Origin: Camelus ferus
Lineage: Eukaryota
NCBI RefSeq assembly: GCF_009834535.1
Contig: NC_045697.1
Location: 45,634,001 to 45,698,000, forward strand
Length of the DNA: 64,000 nucleotides
Direction of reading: 5' to 3'
Part shown: positions 24,701 through 37,630 of the stretch, in pieces
Layout of the letters: every line of letters begins with the position of its first letter
Position numbering within the stretch: position 1 is the first letter of the stretch
The notes under the pieces: generated by a model
The model's input: the letters and a program-made list of their open reading frames with translations, nothing else
Told to the model about the DNA's origin: nothing
The model's database searches: none
Made by a program: the position numbers and the translations under genes

Positions 24701-26960
24701 TAGACATCTGAATCTAAAAATCTAAGAGGCAAAGACATTTTTTGAGGCTATTTTAGCTTAGTGTTTTCCAAAAATTCTGGAATAACTTGTGTGCTTAATA
24801 AATATTAAATAAAAATAAGATCATCTTGATCCTCCTCTTCCTTTGCTCATAAGTCCAGAGGATCTTTAAAGAACTTAAAACTCTTATGTATCATGCTAGG
24901 AAAAAAAAAAATCATAACAAACTCTGAGAATAAGCATTAGATAAAAAGAACGGCCCTTAATCCTAAACTCTCTGAAATTCAAAACATGCAGGATGTGGTT
25001 TAAGGGTAATGTGCAAATACAAAATTGTGATCTTGAGATTAAAAAAATAATAAATGTGTGTTTATCTTTGTTATCTGCCCATTTAAAATACTTTTGTTCT
25101 TAACCATGATAATTATGCCAAAATAACCCAATAGCATTTACCTTTAAGACAAAACACCAACTTGTCTACTTATATTGACGTCAATTTAAAATATCAAGTC
25201 ATCTAAGCCCTTTCTGCCTGTATGATTTGTTTAGGCATTTTAAGCCCATCAAAATAGCAAACATTTTTTGCTAGACATAGCCACAGAAATAGTTGATGCT
25301 ATTTCTTATTAATTAATGAAGATTAGAACATAACATATACCATCTAGCTCAAGTCATATATTTTGATTATAAGAAATACTAATTTGAATGTGGACCACTC
25401 CAATATGAAACGGCAAATTCATTGTTTTCATAAAAATATACTTATTAACACCAGCAAAGCAAATAGATTAATAGATGAGCTTTTTCAATTTTTCTGAGTT
25501 AAGCATCTAAAAACAATGTCTTTGCATAATGACTTGCACAAAAATTAAGTTATCTGCTACTCATGTGAGACAGTTTTGCAATCTGTAGAGTGAGTACAAT
25601 CTCTAGAGTGGGGACAACAGTAACAGTTCAGATAAATTAGGTTTCAGCGTGGGCTTGGGTTTTCCTTGCTGGGACCTCGATCATTTCTTGGATGTTTCTC
25701 AGGAACTTCAATTCAAGATCTCATAAGCCAGGAAGGCAAGTAAATCACTCTAGTGTGGCTCCACAAAGCAGAGCATGGGCCTTTATTACCTTTGAAGCAC
25801 GTTCAGGGGATTGTTTAAATAGGAATTCCACAGAGAATGTCTTTTAAAAAACCATTTATCCCCTTGGAAATTCCTATCTGAGAACGTGATTTTAAGATGA
25901 CAGTGAACAAGAATTTGGTTTTTAATGAGGAATTTACCTTTTCAAGTGGATTATCTTCTTTCTATTTTTTTAATATACCCACAGTATAGCCTGGTGGTAT
26001 ATATAGGAAAGAAACTGCCATAGTGGCAATTTTGCAGGATGAAGAAATAGAGCAATGACCAAGATAACCCTGGGCTGCCTAGGGTTAGCCTGCTAGTGAA
26101 GCCTGAAGGGGTAGGAAGAAGATCTCTGATTTTTTTAATCCCTTAAAATTTTCATTAGATCACACTGCCTTTTTGTGCTCCTGCTGGCCCATGAATTCAT
26201 CAGTACAAGAGAGAATATTTCCTTTCCTTTGTATGATGCAAGAAAAATATGTGTTAAGCATTTTTGAGGACATTCTTTGCTATTCTAGAGAAGGACTTGT
26301 CATTTTCTCAGTAAATGCTACTGATGATGCTGATAATGATGATGAGGATGGGGATGTGATACTGCTGACCAATTAACAAATGACTTAATTACCTACAATG
26401 GGCAGAACAGTATAAGCATAAGAGGAATATGAAGAAACATAATGTGTAACATTTGCCACCATGCAGTTCACAACTAATTTGGAAGAAAATGCTTATCCAT
26501 CTAAAAAGTATTGAATAATTCAAGGCAGCTCATGTGCATCAAATGAACAATATACCAAAGAAGCAGTTTAAATTTTCAGAAGAATCATATCACTGTGGGC
26601 TGGGATAATCAAGATAGGCTCATTGGAAGAGAGGGATATAAATAGATTTTGATGAATTTGTGCATTTGAGACAGACAGAAGTGTCCACATACCTAAAAAA
26701 AATCAGCAGATGAGAGTCTGCTAATTTTCTCTAATGTTAAGGCAACACATGCAGTCAATATGCTAAAAATACGCTAAAAAGTCAATAACCTGGTTACAAT
26801 GGAATTTAAAGAACCACAAAGAAAATTGCAGGTAAAATATTTGCGACCTCTAATCTTAGCTCTTTCTTCCCCTTTTATAAGTACTAGTAAAAACAATCTC
26901 TCCATCTCAGCTTGCTAATTTAAAAAATAGGGTAATTCTTATCATTCACTTCAATTTTAC

Positions 26961-28006
26961 GCATGTATCTTTTTGAATTAGTGTTTTTGTTTTTTGTTTT
27001 GGATATATACCCAGGAGTAGAATTCCTAGGTCATATGGTAGTTGTATTTTTAGTTTTTTTGAAAAACCTCCATACTGTTTTCCATAGCGGCTGCACCAAT
27101 TTACATTCCCACCAACAGTGTATGAGGGTTCCCTTCTTCCTCATCTTCGCCAACATTTGCTATTTGTGTTCTTTTTGATGATGGCCATTCTGACAGGTGT
27201 GAGGTGATATCTCATTGTGGTTTTGATTTGCATTTCCATGATTAGAGATGAGCATCTTTCCATGTGCCTGTTGGCCATCTGCATTTCCTCTTTGGAAAAA
27301 TGTCTATTTAGTTCTTCTGCCATTTTAAAGATCAAATTGTTTGTTTTTTTGATGTTGAGTTGTATGAGCTGTTTATATAGGTTGTATATTAACCCCTATT
27401 GGTCATATCACTTGCAAATATTTTCTCCCATTCAGTAGGTTGTTATTTCTTTTTGTTGATGGTTTCCTTTGCTGGACAAAAGCTTTTAACTTTAATTAGG
27501 TCCCATTTGTTTATTTTTGCTTTTATTTCCTTTGTTTTAGGAGATAGATCCAAAACATATTGCTATGAGTTATGTCAATTAATGTTCTGCCTATGTTTTC
27601 CTCTAGGAGTTTTATGGTTTCTGGTCTTACATTTAGGTCTTTAGTCCATTTGGAGTTTATTTTTGTATTTAATGTTAGAGAATATTCTAATTTCATTCTT
27701 TTACATGTATCAGTCCAGTTTTCCCAGTATCACTTACTGAAGAGACTGCCTTTTCTCCATTGTATATTCTTGCCTCCTTCTGTAGATTAACTGACCGTAA
27801 GTGCATAGGTTTATTTCTGGGCTTTCTATTCTCTTTCATTGACCTATGTGTTTATTTTTGTTTATACTGTTTTGGTTGTACTGCAGCTTTGTAGTATAGT
27901 TTAAAGTAAGGGTGTGTGATTCCTCCACCTTTGTTCTTCCTCAAGATTTTTTGTCTACTTGGGGTCTTTTGTGTTTCCATATAAATTTTATAATTATTTG
28001 TTCTAG
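26961..28006 (-). mobile_element. L1 ORF2 3' part (non-inverted segment of a 5'-inverted L1)
   Basis: ORF 27141..27335 gives [12 protein letters not shown]...[21 protein letters not shown]; the segment ends at ttgttctag. Confidence 0.92.
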
Positions 28007-29097
28007 ATGCAAAAATCCTCAACAACATTAGCAAACTGAATCTAAAAATATATTGAAAGGATCATGCACCATAATCAAGTGGGATTTACCCCAGGGATAC
28101 AAGGATTTTTCAATATCTACAAATCAATCAATATGATACACCACATCAACAAATTGGAGAATAAAACTCATGATCATTTTAATAAATGCAGAAAATGATT
28201 TTGACAAAATTCATCATTCATTTATGATAAAAACTCTCTAGAAAGTGGGCTTAGAGGGAACACACCTCAACATAATAAAGGCCATATATGACAAACCCAC
28301 AGGTAACATCATACTCAATGGTGAAAAGCAGAAAGCATTTCCTCTAAGTTCAAGGATGCTCACTCTCGCCACTTTTATTCAACATAGTTTTGGAAGTCCT
28401 AGCCACAGCAATCAGAGAAGAAAAAGAAATAAAATGGATCCAAATTGGAAAGAAAGAAGTAAAACTGTCACTGTATGCAGATGATATGATATTATACATA
28501 GAAAATCCTAAAGATGCCACCAGAAAACTACTAGAGCTTATGAATGAATTTGGTAAAGTTACAGGATACAAAATTGGTATACAGAAATAGATAAACAAGA
28601 TTATACTGTATAGCACAGGGAAATATATACAAGATCTTGTGGTAGCTCATGGTCAAAAAAATGTGACAATGAATATATGTATGTTCAGGAACAACTGAAA
28701 AATTGTGCTCTACACTGGAATTTGACACATTGTAAAATTTGACACATTGACTATAACTCAATAAAAAAATCTTAAAAAAAATAAAAAAGAAATCTATTGC
28801 ATTTCTACATGCTAAAAACAAACTACCAGAAAGAGAAATTAAGGAAACAATCCCATTTACCATCACATCAAAAAGAATAAAATACCTAAGAATAAACCTG
28901 CCAAGGAGGCAAAAGACCTGTACTCAGAAAACTGTAAGACACTGATAAAAGAAATTAAAGATGATACAAACAGAAGGGAAGATATTCTGTATTCTTGGAT
29001 TGGAAGAATATTGTTAAAATGACCATACTACCCAAAGCAATCTACAGATTCAATGCAATCCCTATCAAGATACCAGTGGCATTTTCCATTGAACTAG
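28007..29097 (+). mobile_element. L1 ORF2 RT region (inverted segment of the same L1)
   Basis: ORFs give [41 protein letters not shown] (RT catalytic motif) and [17 protein letters not shown]. Confidence 0.92.
28589..28787 (+). mobile_element. Short young L1 3' end nested in the older L1, 6-bp TSD
   Basis: TSD agaaat at 28583-28588 and 28788-28793. The sequence is close to the reverse complement of 13850-14025 and ends in aataaa plus an A tail. Confidence 0.9.
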
Positions 29098-31274
29098 TGA
29101 AAATTCTTTGTCATAACATTCAAAGCTTCCAAAACACTTTGGCCTCACATAAAGCATCAGTTATTGTAGCACTGGTAACAACATAATGATACTAGCAACC
29201 ATTAGGGCTTATTTGATGCCTGGCACTCTCTCAAGGGCCTTGTGGTCTCAAATAATCCTCATAGCAACCCATGAATAGGCAGGCGCTTCGCAGATGAGGA
29301 TATGCCTTTCTTGCATATCTGGCCCCTGATCACTTCAGAACAACTTTCACTCACTTGGCATCGTCCAGTGTCTTTAATCACAAGTGACTCTTAGAAATAC
29401 TCACTAGTTCATCCATTCAGAAAATATTTATTGAGTGGTAGGTAATGTGAATGAACTGGGAATATACATCACTTTGAGGAAAAACAGAGAAAGCAAAAAC
29501 CAGAAAACCGAAAAACTGAGCATTCTGCTTTTTTAGATGCACACACAGTTAGCAAACAGCAACTATTTCCTACCTGAAATGACTAAAAGAGCTTTACCTT
29601 TTCCCCTTCTTCCTGTGAACTTGCAGACTTATCACTTCTATCTACTCTCTAATATACCACTAATTTGGGATGTTCCTCTACCAGCTTCCATTTCTTACTC
29701 TTCTCTGCGCCAAAAATTAATCCCTGGATGTCACTGAGAAGGTTAATATGGAGTTGCCCTGTGTATCATTGTAGGAATAACGTTAATGCTAAAGAGACCA
29801 AATGTTATTTCACATCTACAAAGGAGGCATTTACCTTCATTAGACTATGCTTACTTTGGTAAACAGTTTTCCATGCAGGGTAGGTTCTACTGTTTGCTTG
29901 CATTTGAAATTACTTATTCATTAAAATATCTCCAATAACCAAGCAGTCATAATATTGGGGGAGAATCAGAATGGATGTATGAAATATAGAGAAAAATCCT
30001 TGAAAATACTTTTGATCAATGAATGTCAAGCTTATTGGAACCATCAAGTGGTGAAAAAATTGTCTCATTTATGTTTTGTCTCTTCTCCTTCCCTCCTGAT
30101 TTCATAAAAGCATCTGCCTCACACATTATGTGGCACATAGTAGGTCTAGTACATGGTATTTCTCTCTCTCCTCATAGAACTGTTGAGAATGCTATAACTG
30201 AATAATGAAGCACGTAGCTGGGGAGGCAAGTGGGATGAGTATTAGGAAGGTCTCATGGGTTCTCAGTTCTCATATAAGCAAGTGTGGGATTTTAATTATC
30301 AATATTCAATATATTTTTCAGGTTCAAGATCATTAATATATTTGTCTTCACTAGAACACTGAAATTAAAATGATAGTACTTCATAAAATAGGTTTATGGG
30401 CTTATAAACTGTGCCTTTTATTATCTGAAATATTTGACCTACTTTTGGTTACTATGTTCAGTAAATACTGCAAAATCTGTTTGCATAATCACATACTGAT
30501 TGAGTAAAGTAAAATATAATTAAAATATATGGCTAAGAAAATATAATTACTATAAACTTTTAAAAGTTAAAGTATAGTACTCTTTTCTAGTTATGAATAT
30601 TTCACATTTAGACTCTTTTATAATACTTGGATTTAGAAGATTAAAAAAAGCAAAATAAATCAAAAGTAAAAGAGAAACACCTGATTTTTCTGAGTACACG
30701 TTTTTGTTTTAAACTAGATATCCCTAAATGGTAACAATCATGTCAAAGTTCTTGAAATTTTTTGATGTATTATCTTGCTTCTAATGCAAATGTAAAGTGA
30801 AAATTTCTATACTAGAAACTGATAAAAACATTTACTTAATCATTAACAGATATTTCTGTAATAGAATAACACATTCTCTAAGTGGGACTTCAGCTTTTGT
30901 GATAACAAACTATAGCCTTGGGAATGAATTAAAAAGCGTTTTATTGTTTACTTAAACAGTCAAGATTAAAATAAACAATCTTAAATCTTTGCATTTTAAA
31001 TTAAAGCTACATTAAGGAAAAATCAGAACTTTAAAATTTAGTATTTTTGAAAATTGTATAAACATTTTTTGTGACTAGCTGCTACAATCTTCATCACTTT
31101 TTTTAAAAACCAAATTATCAATGACGTTATCTTTGGTGAGTACTTGCCTTGCTTTCCTTCATTTACCAATGTGCTTTCAAGTTATTTTAGTCAACAATGT
31201 ACATGTACCATTTCAAGTAAAGGATATAATTTCCAATGAGATGTAATAGAAGGTAGTAAAATAAGACTTAATTT

Positions 31275-31405
31275 AGAATTTAAGAATTCCCTTGGGGTAT
31301 AATTCCTGCCGTTGGGAGTTGGCACCATCATAGACCATAATATGGATGACGCCCCCTGGAGTTGTGCTGTGCACATTCTGCATCACTGTTCATGACCACC
31401 CTAAC
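31275..31405. mobile_element. MER91-like hAT-Tip100 MITE
   Basis: gacgccccctggagttgtgctgtgcacattctgcatcactgttcatgaccaccct resembles the MER91 terminus. Confidence 0.7.
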
Positions 31406-31924
31406 TAACAGAACATGGGAGGCCAGCTACTGGGGAGACTCAAAAGTCCACGAGCATTATTAAACAACCAATACTTTGGAGCATCAGAGGAGTAAAAATC
31501 CATTCATATTGCGCTCATTGTTCTGACACAGGAAAACAAATCTGAAAATGTTTTCTGTGAAAACTTTATTTGGAAACAGCTCCCATAACCTTGCTTTGGC
31601 CTAGATTTATTATGAATGGGCACAGTACAGTTCTGATATGCAAAATTATTTGGAACACCATTATCGAGCACCAGTCCTTGCTGATTCAAGGATTTGTGTT
31701 CTTTCTTTCATACAATAGGAACCAATTCAGGAATGATGGGAAATGAAATATTATATTTTTAAACAGTTTAAGAAAAAGGAACATAAATTTATTAGATGCT
31801 AAAATGGTATGTCTTCAATATACACTTATCAGCATTACACATTTGGAAGATTAATGGTATACCTTTTATTATTAATAAATACCTCTATAATATGAATGCA
31901 GATAAATACCACACATAACTGAGA

Positions 31925-32236
31925 AGCCAATTAAAATGCAGTTTTTGGAACACACTCCCAAAGATTCTATTTAGAAGCACGGGAAGAGACCTAGAATTTG
32001 TATGTTTAATAAGTACTCCCGAATTCCTAATGCCAACAGTCTAGCTCTCCCACTTTGAAAAACACTGCCATAAACCATATACAATGGTGGCTCTCAGCAC
32101 GGGCATCTCTGAGAAGTTTTAGAGAAATACAGCTACCTCTCCATGTATTTATTCCATGGGGTGAAGTCCAGACATGCCTTGACTTAAAAAATTCTAAGAG
32201 TGTTTCTGACATGTAGCTAGACTGAGAAACACTGGG
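31925..32236. mobile_element. Two MER5A/MER5B-like fragments
   Basis: agaatttgtatgtttaataagtactccc...cactttgaaaaacactg and gtggctctcag...ctgagaaacactg. Confidence 0.65.
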
Positions 32237-32399
32237 GTGAATAGAACTAACTTCATTTGCTGTTTATTACTAAATGCTTTTAATATTTGACCTATTTAAC
32301 TTAAGATAAACAGTAAAACTTCTTTTGATATTTAGATCATGAAACCAATAAATAATACATAATGTCCTATTTCCATTAGGGTGTTTAAAAATATTCATT

Positions 32400-33150
32400 A
32401 TCTTGATCCCCTTCCCTAACACATCCTCTCCCATTATTCTTCAGTAAATGGCTATACCACCTACCCAGCCGAAGACAGACTATCTAGATAGTGGTTATGA
32501 GCATGAGTTTGGGAGTGAATAGTCCTTGATTGCAGCCCTACTGCTATTTTCAATCTGTGCAACACTGGATGTTAGCCAGCATTTCTAAAATAGTAAATAC
32601 CTCGCAGATTATTGTGAGAATTAAATGAGATGGTTTATGTAAAGTGCTTAATACAATGCCTGGGTCATGATGAGCTTTTTTTTTTTTAAAGTCAGCTGTT
32701 ATTATCATTTTTAGCTCCTTGTTCTTCTCATAGTCACCAATTTCTGATTCTTTCACTTTTTAATTAGCTTGAGTATTGTCCATTTGTATCCATTCTTGTT
32801 GCAACTACCCTATTCCATGCAATACCATCTCTTACCTGGATGACTACCATAGTTTCCAGCCATACTGAACACTTTTTATTCTTGGATTGTGCTAGACTTT
32901 CTTTTGCTTCTGGGCCTAACTACACATATTTCCTCTGCTTAAAACACCTCTCTCCTCATCTTACCTTCCATCCTTTGGAATGTTATCCTTCCTTTTGACT
33001 AGGCTTGATCACTTTTCTATGTATTTGTCCTCTCCATAATACACATGATATTTTATTGTGATTATGTAATCATGTGAGTGCTTTTCATGCTGGGATGTGG
33101 GAGTCTGGATGATCTTCACATGCCTTATTTGACAACTGGAAATCTAACAT
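32400..33150 (+). mobile_element. L2 fragments interrupted by a MIR (about 32490-32710)
   Basis: tcagtaaatggctataccacctacccag and ccatctcttacctggatgactac (L2); gattattgtgagaattaaatgagatgg...aaagtgcttaatacaatgcctgg (MIR). Confidence 0.7.
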
Positions 33151-33289
33151 TTAAAAAAATTTGATGACAATCTATAAAAATAAAATAAGGATGTTCTGGA
33201 ATAGCTGGATGACTATGCATTTTAGTGTCTGTATTTATTTTCAATTTTTTAAATTGTTATTTTCTGTTTTTTGTTTGTTTGTTTTTTTT

Positions 33290-35055
33290 TTTTTTGATAG
33301 TAGCTATCCTAATGGTGTGAGATGGTATCTCACCACGGTCTTGATTTGCAGCTCCCTAATTTAATGATGTTGAGCATTTTTTTCATGTGCTTATTGGTCA
33401 TTTGTGTATCTTCTTTGGAGAAATGTCTATTCAAGTCTTTTGCTGATTTTTGAATCTGGTTTTTGTTTATTGTTGTTGAATTTTAGGAGCTCTCTATATA
33501 TTCTGGTTATTAATCCCTTATCAAATATGTGAATTGCAAATACTTTCTCTCATTCTGTAGATTGCCTTTTTAATTCTGTTGATAGAATTTTTTGATAAAC
33601 AAAACTTAAAATTTTTTATGAAATCCAATTTGGCTATTTTTTTTCTTTTGTTGTCTATGCCTTTAGTGTCATATCCAAAAAATCATTGCTAGATCTAATG
33701 TCATAGGACTTTTGTCCTAAGTTTTCTTCTGAGAGTTTTATAGTTTCAGCTCTTACATTGAGGTCTTTAATCCATTTTGAGTTAATTTTTGTATATGGTG
33801 GTAAGTAAGGGTCTAATTTCATTCTTTTGCATGTGGACATCCAGTTTCACCAGTACCATTTATTGAAAATTGTCCTTTTCCCCACTGAATGGTCTTGGCA
33901 TCCTTGTTGAAAATCATTTGACTTAATATGTGAAGGGTTATTTCTGGGCTCTCTGTTCTATTCCATTGGTCAGTCTGTCTTTGTATTACACTGTTTGATT
34001 ACTATAGCTTTATAGTAAGTTTTGAAATCAGAGTTTTCCAACATCATTCTTTTTTAAGATTGTTTTGGCTATTTGAGGACCCTCAGATTCCATATGAATT
34101 TTAGGATGGATTTTTCTGTTTCTTTAAAAAACTTCATTGGGATTTTTATGGGGATTGCATAAAATCAGTAGATCACTTGTGGTAGTATGGATGTTTTAAC
34201 AATATTAAATCTTCTAATCCATGAACATGGAATGTGTTTCTATTTATTTATGTCTTCTTTAGCTTCTTTCAGCAATGTTTTAGTTTCCAGTGTACAATTT
34301 TTCACCTCTTTAAGTCAATTTCAAAGTATTTTATTCTTTGTGATGGTATTGTAAATTAAATTGTTTTCTTAACTTCCTTTTCAGATTGTTCATTATTAGA
34401 ATATAGAAATGTGATTGGGTTTTGTGGTTGACTTTGTATCTGATCTTTTGCTAAATTTATTTATTAGTTATAAGAGTTTTTTGTGGAATCTTTAGGGTTT
34501 TCTACATACAAGATCGTATCATTTGTGATCAGGGATAATTTTACTTCTTCCTTTCCAATATGGGTGCCTTTTATTTCTTTTTCTTGCCTAATTGTTTTCG
34601 GTAGGATTTGTAATACTATGCTGAATAGGAGTGGTAAGAGTGGGCACTCTTATTTTTTTCCTATTATTAGAGGAAAAGCTTCCAGCCTTTCACCATTGAG
34701 TGTGATGTCCACTGTGGGTTTGTCATATATGGCTTTTATTATGTTGAGGTTGTTTCCATATACTCTTAGCTTGAGTGTTTTCATAATAAAAGAATGTTGA
34801 CTTTTGTCAAATGCTTTTTCTGCATCAATCAAGATGATCATGTAGTATTTTTTTCCCTCCATTCTGTTAGTGTGGTGTATCACATTAACCAATTTTCATA
34901 TGGTGAATTACCCTTACTGAGAACTTTATTTCTTCATATGGCTCCAAATCACTGTCTAGTAACTTGCAGGATGGCTAAGCATTTGTTGCAGGGCAGGTCT
35001 AGTGGTAATGAACTTCCTCAGCTTTGCTTATCTGGGAATGTTTTAATTTTGCATT
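33290..35055 (-). mobile_element. L1 (L1MA/L1MB-like) ORF2 fragment (about 33290-34905), joined to an ORF1-end fragment (about 34990-35055)
   Basis: ORFs 33655..33840 ([27 protein letters not shown]) and 34650..34892 (IDAEKAFDK...KAIYDKPT); ggtctagtggtaatgaacttcctcagctttgcttatctgggaatg is antisense ORF1-like. Confidence 0.9.
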
Positions 35056-35269
35056 AGTGTTTATGATGTGGCTTCAAATAAATACTGAATAAGTCATGAT
35101 ATGATACATCAATTAAAGCTTCATGGAAATGAAAATGAAAGTGATTTTACCCTTGACATTTTATTATGAAAATTTACAAACATGCATAAATGGTAAAATA
35201 ATTATATAGCGAACCCTAATACACTTGGTGTCTAGAGCCTATAATTAACATTTTTGCAAATGACTCTAT

Positions 35270-35520
35270 TCAAATATTAATTCTATAACTTCTTAGCTGG
35301 GTGGGTAACCATGGGCAAGTTACTTAATCTCTTTGAATTTCAGTTTCCTTATCTAGAAAAGGGAGATAATGGTAATACTTACTTTATGCATTGCTGCAAC
35401 GCTTAAATGTTATAATCTATGCAGCTTACTTTAACCTGCTACCAGGCATAAAACAGATATATGCAGTCAGTGTAACCTATAGTAGTTAGTATTTGTTGAA
35501 CAAATGAATGAATGAGTAAA
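35270..35520 (+). mobile_element. MIR with an L2-like tail
   Basis: atgggcaagttacttaatctctttgaatttcagtttccttatctagaaaaggg; tatttgttgaacaaatgaatgaatga. Confidence 0.7.
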
Positions 35521-37144
35521 CAAAGGCATAATACATTTCTTGAATTTTCTAAAGGAACTTTAATACCTGTATTTTAGCTGCTGGATTTATAAAAGTGGTG
35601 TCTCTAAGAATAAGCGCTCTGAAGAATATGAACATGGAAATTTTTTCTTAAGAGCTGAAACAACATACCTATATAAGGATTGTACCAGCCCAGTTATTTA
35701 CTATTTAAATTGTTCCTGGTTACATGCAATGAAAGAAGGTGTCTAGTATATCCCTTGGATTTCTTTAGTAAAAAAACAATAAGACAATATGGAGGAATTG
35801 CTATAGTTTCTGATTTATTAATATATAGCAGTGACTGCTGTCTATACTGAGTTTCAGTTGTCTGTTGCAGCAAAGAGGAGAGGTATGGGAAGCAGGAAAT
35901 AGAAGGGCCCTGGAACAATCTTGCCAACACAAACTAATACTAAGCCTCTTGCTCTCTCCAGGTTTCACTCCTGTCCCTGAGGAGTCCAAGGGCATGTGTT
36001 TAGGGTTAGGGCAAGGAAGGAGGTGCTAAGTAGGTCCAGGTGGAATTTTTTAAGGCAAACTGGCTTTTCTCCAGCTTCAGGTTTTGCTCACATACTTTCT
36101 ACAGCTGCATTGCTGCTTAAACCACAGCTGGTGTGTTCTCTCCTGTCCAAGAATGGTTTGGACTATTCCTAAGATTGATGTAAGTGATTTTAAAGACCAT
36201 CAGAAAGATGCACGTTGTTAATGAGAAAAAAATGAGACAAAACCAAAAGATTTCAAGTTGTTAAAGTCCCTAAACAATTTCAGAGATAGGACTCAATTTG
36301 TTTAGTCATTTTTTTTGACAGATTTCTTTATCATTGATGAATACAGAAGGAAGACATGTACAAGATAGGATGAACTATATTGTAGAAAGAGCATTCTGCA
36401 TACTGCATTAGAGGTTTGAAATCTAGCTTCCATGCTAACTCTGTTCCCCTTCTTATGCGGCCCTTGATTATGTTATGATACATTTTTGGGTTCAGTATTT
36501 TTCTATTCTTATGCCCTCTCATAAATCTTCTCCAGTTCAAAAATATTATAAGTGAATCGAACCTTAGGTTTTTGAAGCCACAAAGTTATAAAAATCAGCT
36601 TTCCTTTATTTCTCCTGTCATGAATAAGCATTAATCAAAAACACTGAGTGTACTAAATATTTAAAATACCAAACAGGCTCCTTAAAGATGTTAATTATTG
36701 TGTTTAAATATATTTGAAATAAGTTTCTTTCATAACACGATGAATGTTATTACATATATTCCTACTGATTCATTACCAACTTAAATCATATTTTCTGAAT
36801 TATTTAGAAAAGTATTTCAAACTTGAATTCATGGAAGGAAAAAAGACCTTTATTGTCAATTCCAAGAAACCCAGTTCTGAAAAGTTTTCAAATGTTAGTG
36901 AAGGCTTTTCAGGTTACTTGAATGCACCTGCTTGATCAGACCTTCAACAAAGTATTTTCCTTGGCAAATATGTAATTTATGAATAAATAAGAAGTTGGAT
37001 CCTGAGAAAGTGGAATAATAAGTTCCATGCCTTAAAGTCTTTGTGCACATGCTTGCGTGCAGTTTCTACCAAACTTTTACAAAATTAATTTCAGCAAGTC
37101 CAAGTGCTTGGGATACAAGGGGATGACTGCATACAGAGGCCTTT

Positions 37145-37630
37145 TCACACACCGCTCCCCACAGCCAGCGGTTCTTTTCTATTAGTCGTCTGGGCAGTCC
37201 AGCAGGCCCTCAGGAGGGTCCTTGGTAAACTTCTTTCGTGGGTGTGTGTGTTCGCGTGCGCGTGCGTATACTGAGCTAATGGATGGCTACCCATCCAGCC
37301 CCGGTCCAAAAGTTCCCCCTTGGATGAACAATCCGGCACTGTGAGTGTTCTGCAGGTGTCTCTGGGTGTCAGCTGGCCTCTGTTTATTATTGGTGTGCTG
37401 TGTTCAGGGAGGCCTAGCGGGCCATCAGTAACAACTCTCGGCAAATGGGTCAAGGAAATGAAAATAAAGCCTGTGCAGCAGGAACTTTTAGGGTCTGGGG
37501 TTTTGCTGGCAAGCTCTGCCAGAGTTCCTCTTTAGGTGCTACTTTAAAATTGCTACTTGTTTGACTTGGACGAGACTTCACATGGCGAGGCCGTGTGAGA
37601 TACGTGGGGGCAGTTGGGGGGGGGGTTAGG
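37145..37630. promoter_or_regulatory. Locally GC- and CpG-enriched unique segment; candidate enhancer or promoter
   Basis: About 17 CpGs in about 480 bp by hand count, against a strongly CpG-depleted background; no repeat recognised. Confidence 0.45.

Noticed and set aside
28245..28590. Functional or novel reverse transcriptase (YADD motif)
   Set aside because: It is a frameshifted, interrupted L1 ORF2 fragment.
37145..37453. 102-aa minus-strand ORF in the CpG-rich patch
   Set aside because: It includes translation of the dinucleotide tract (THAHANTHTH). Higher GC alone explains the lack of stops.
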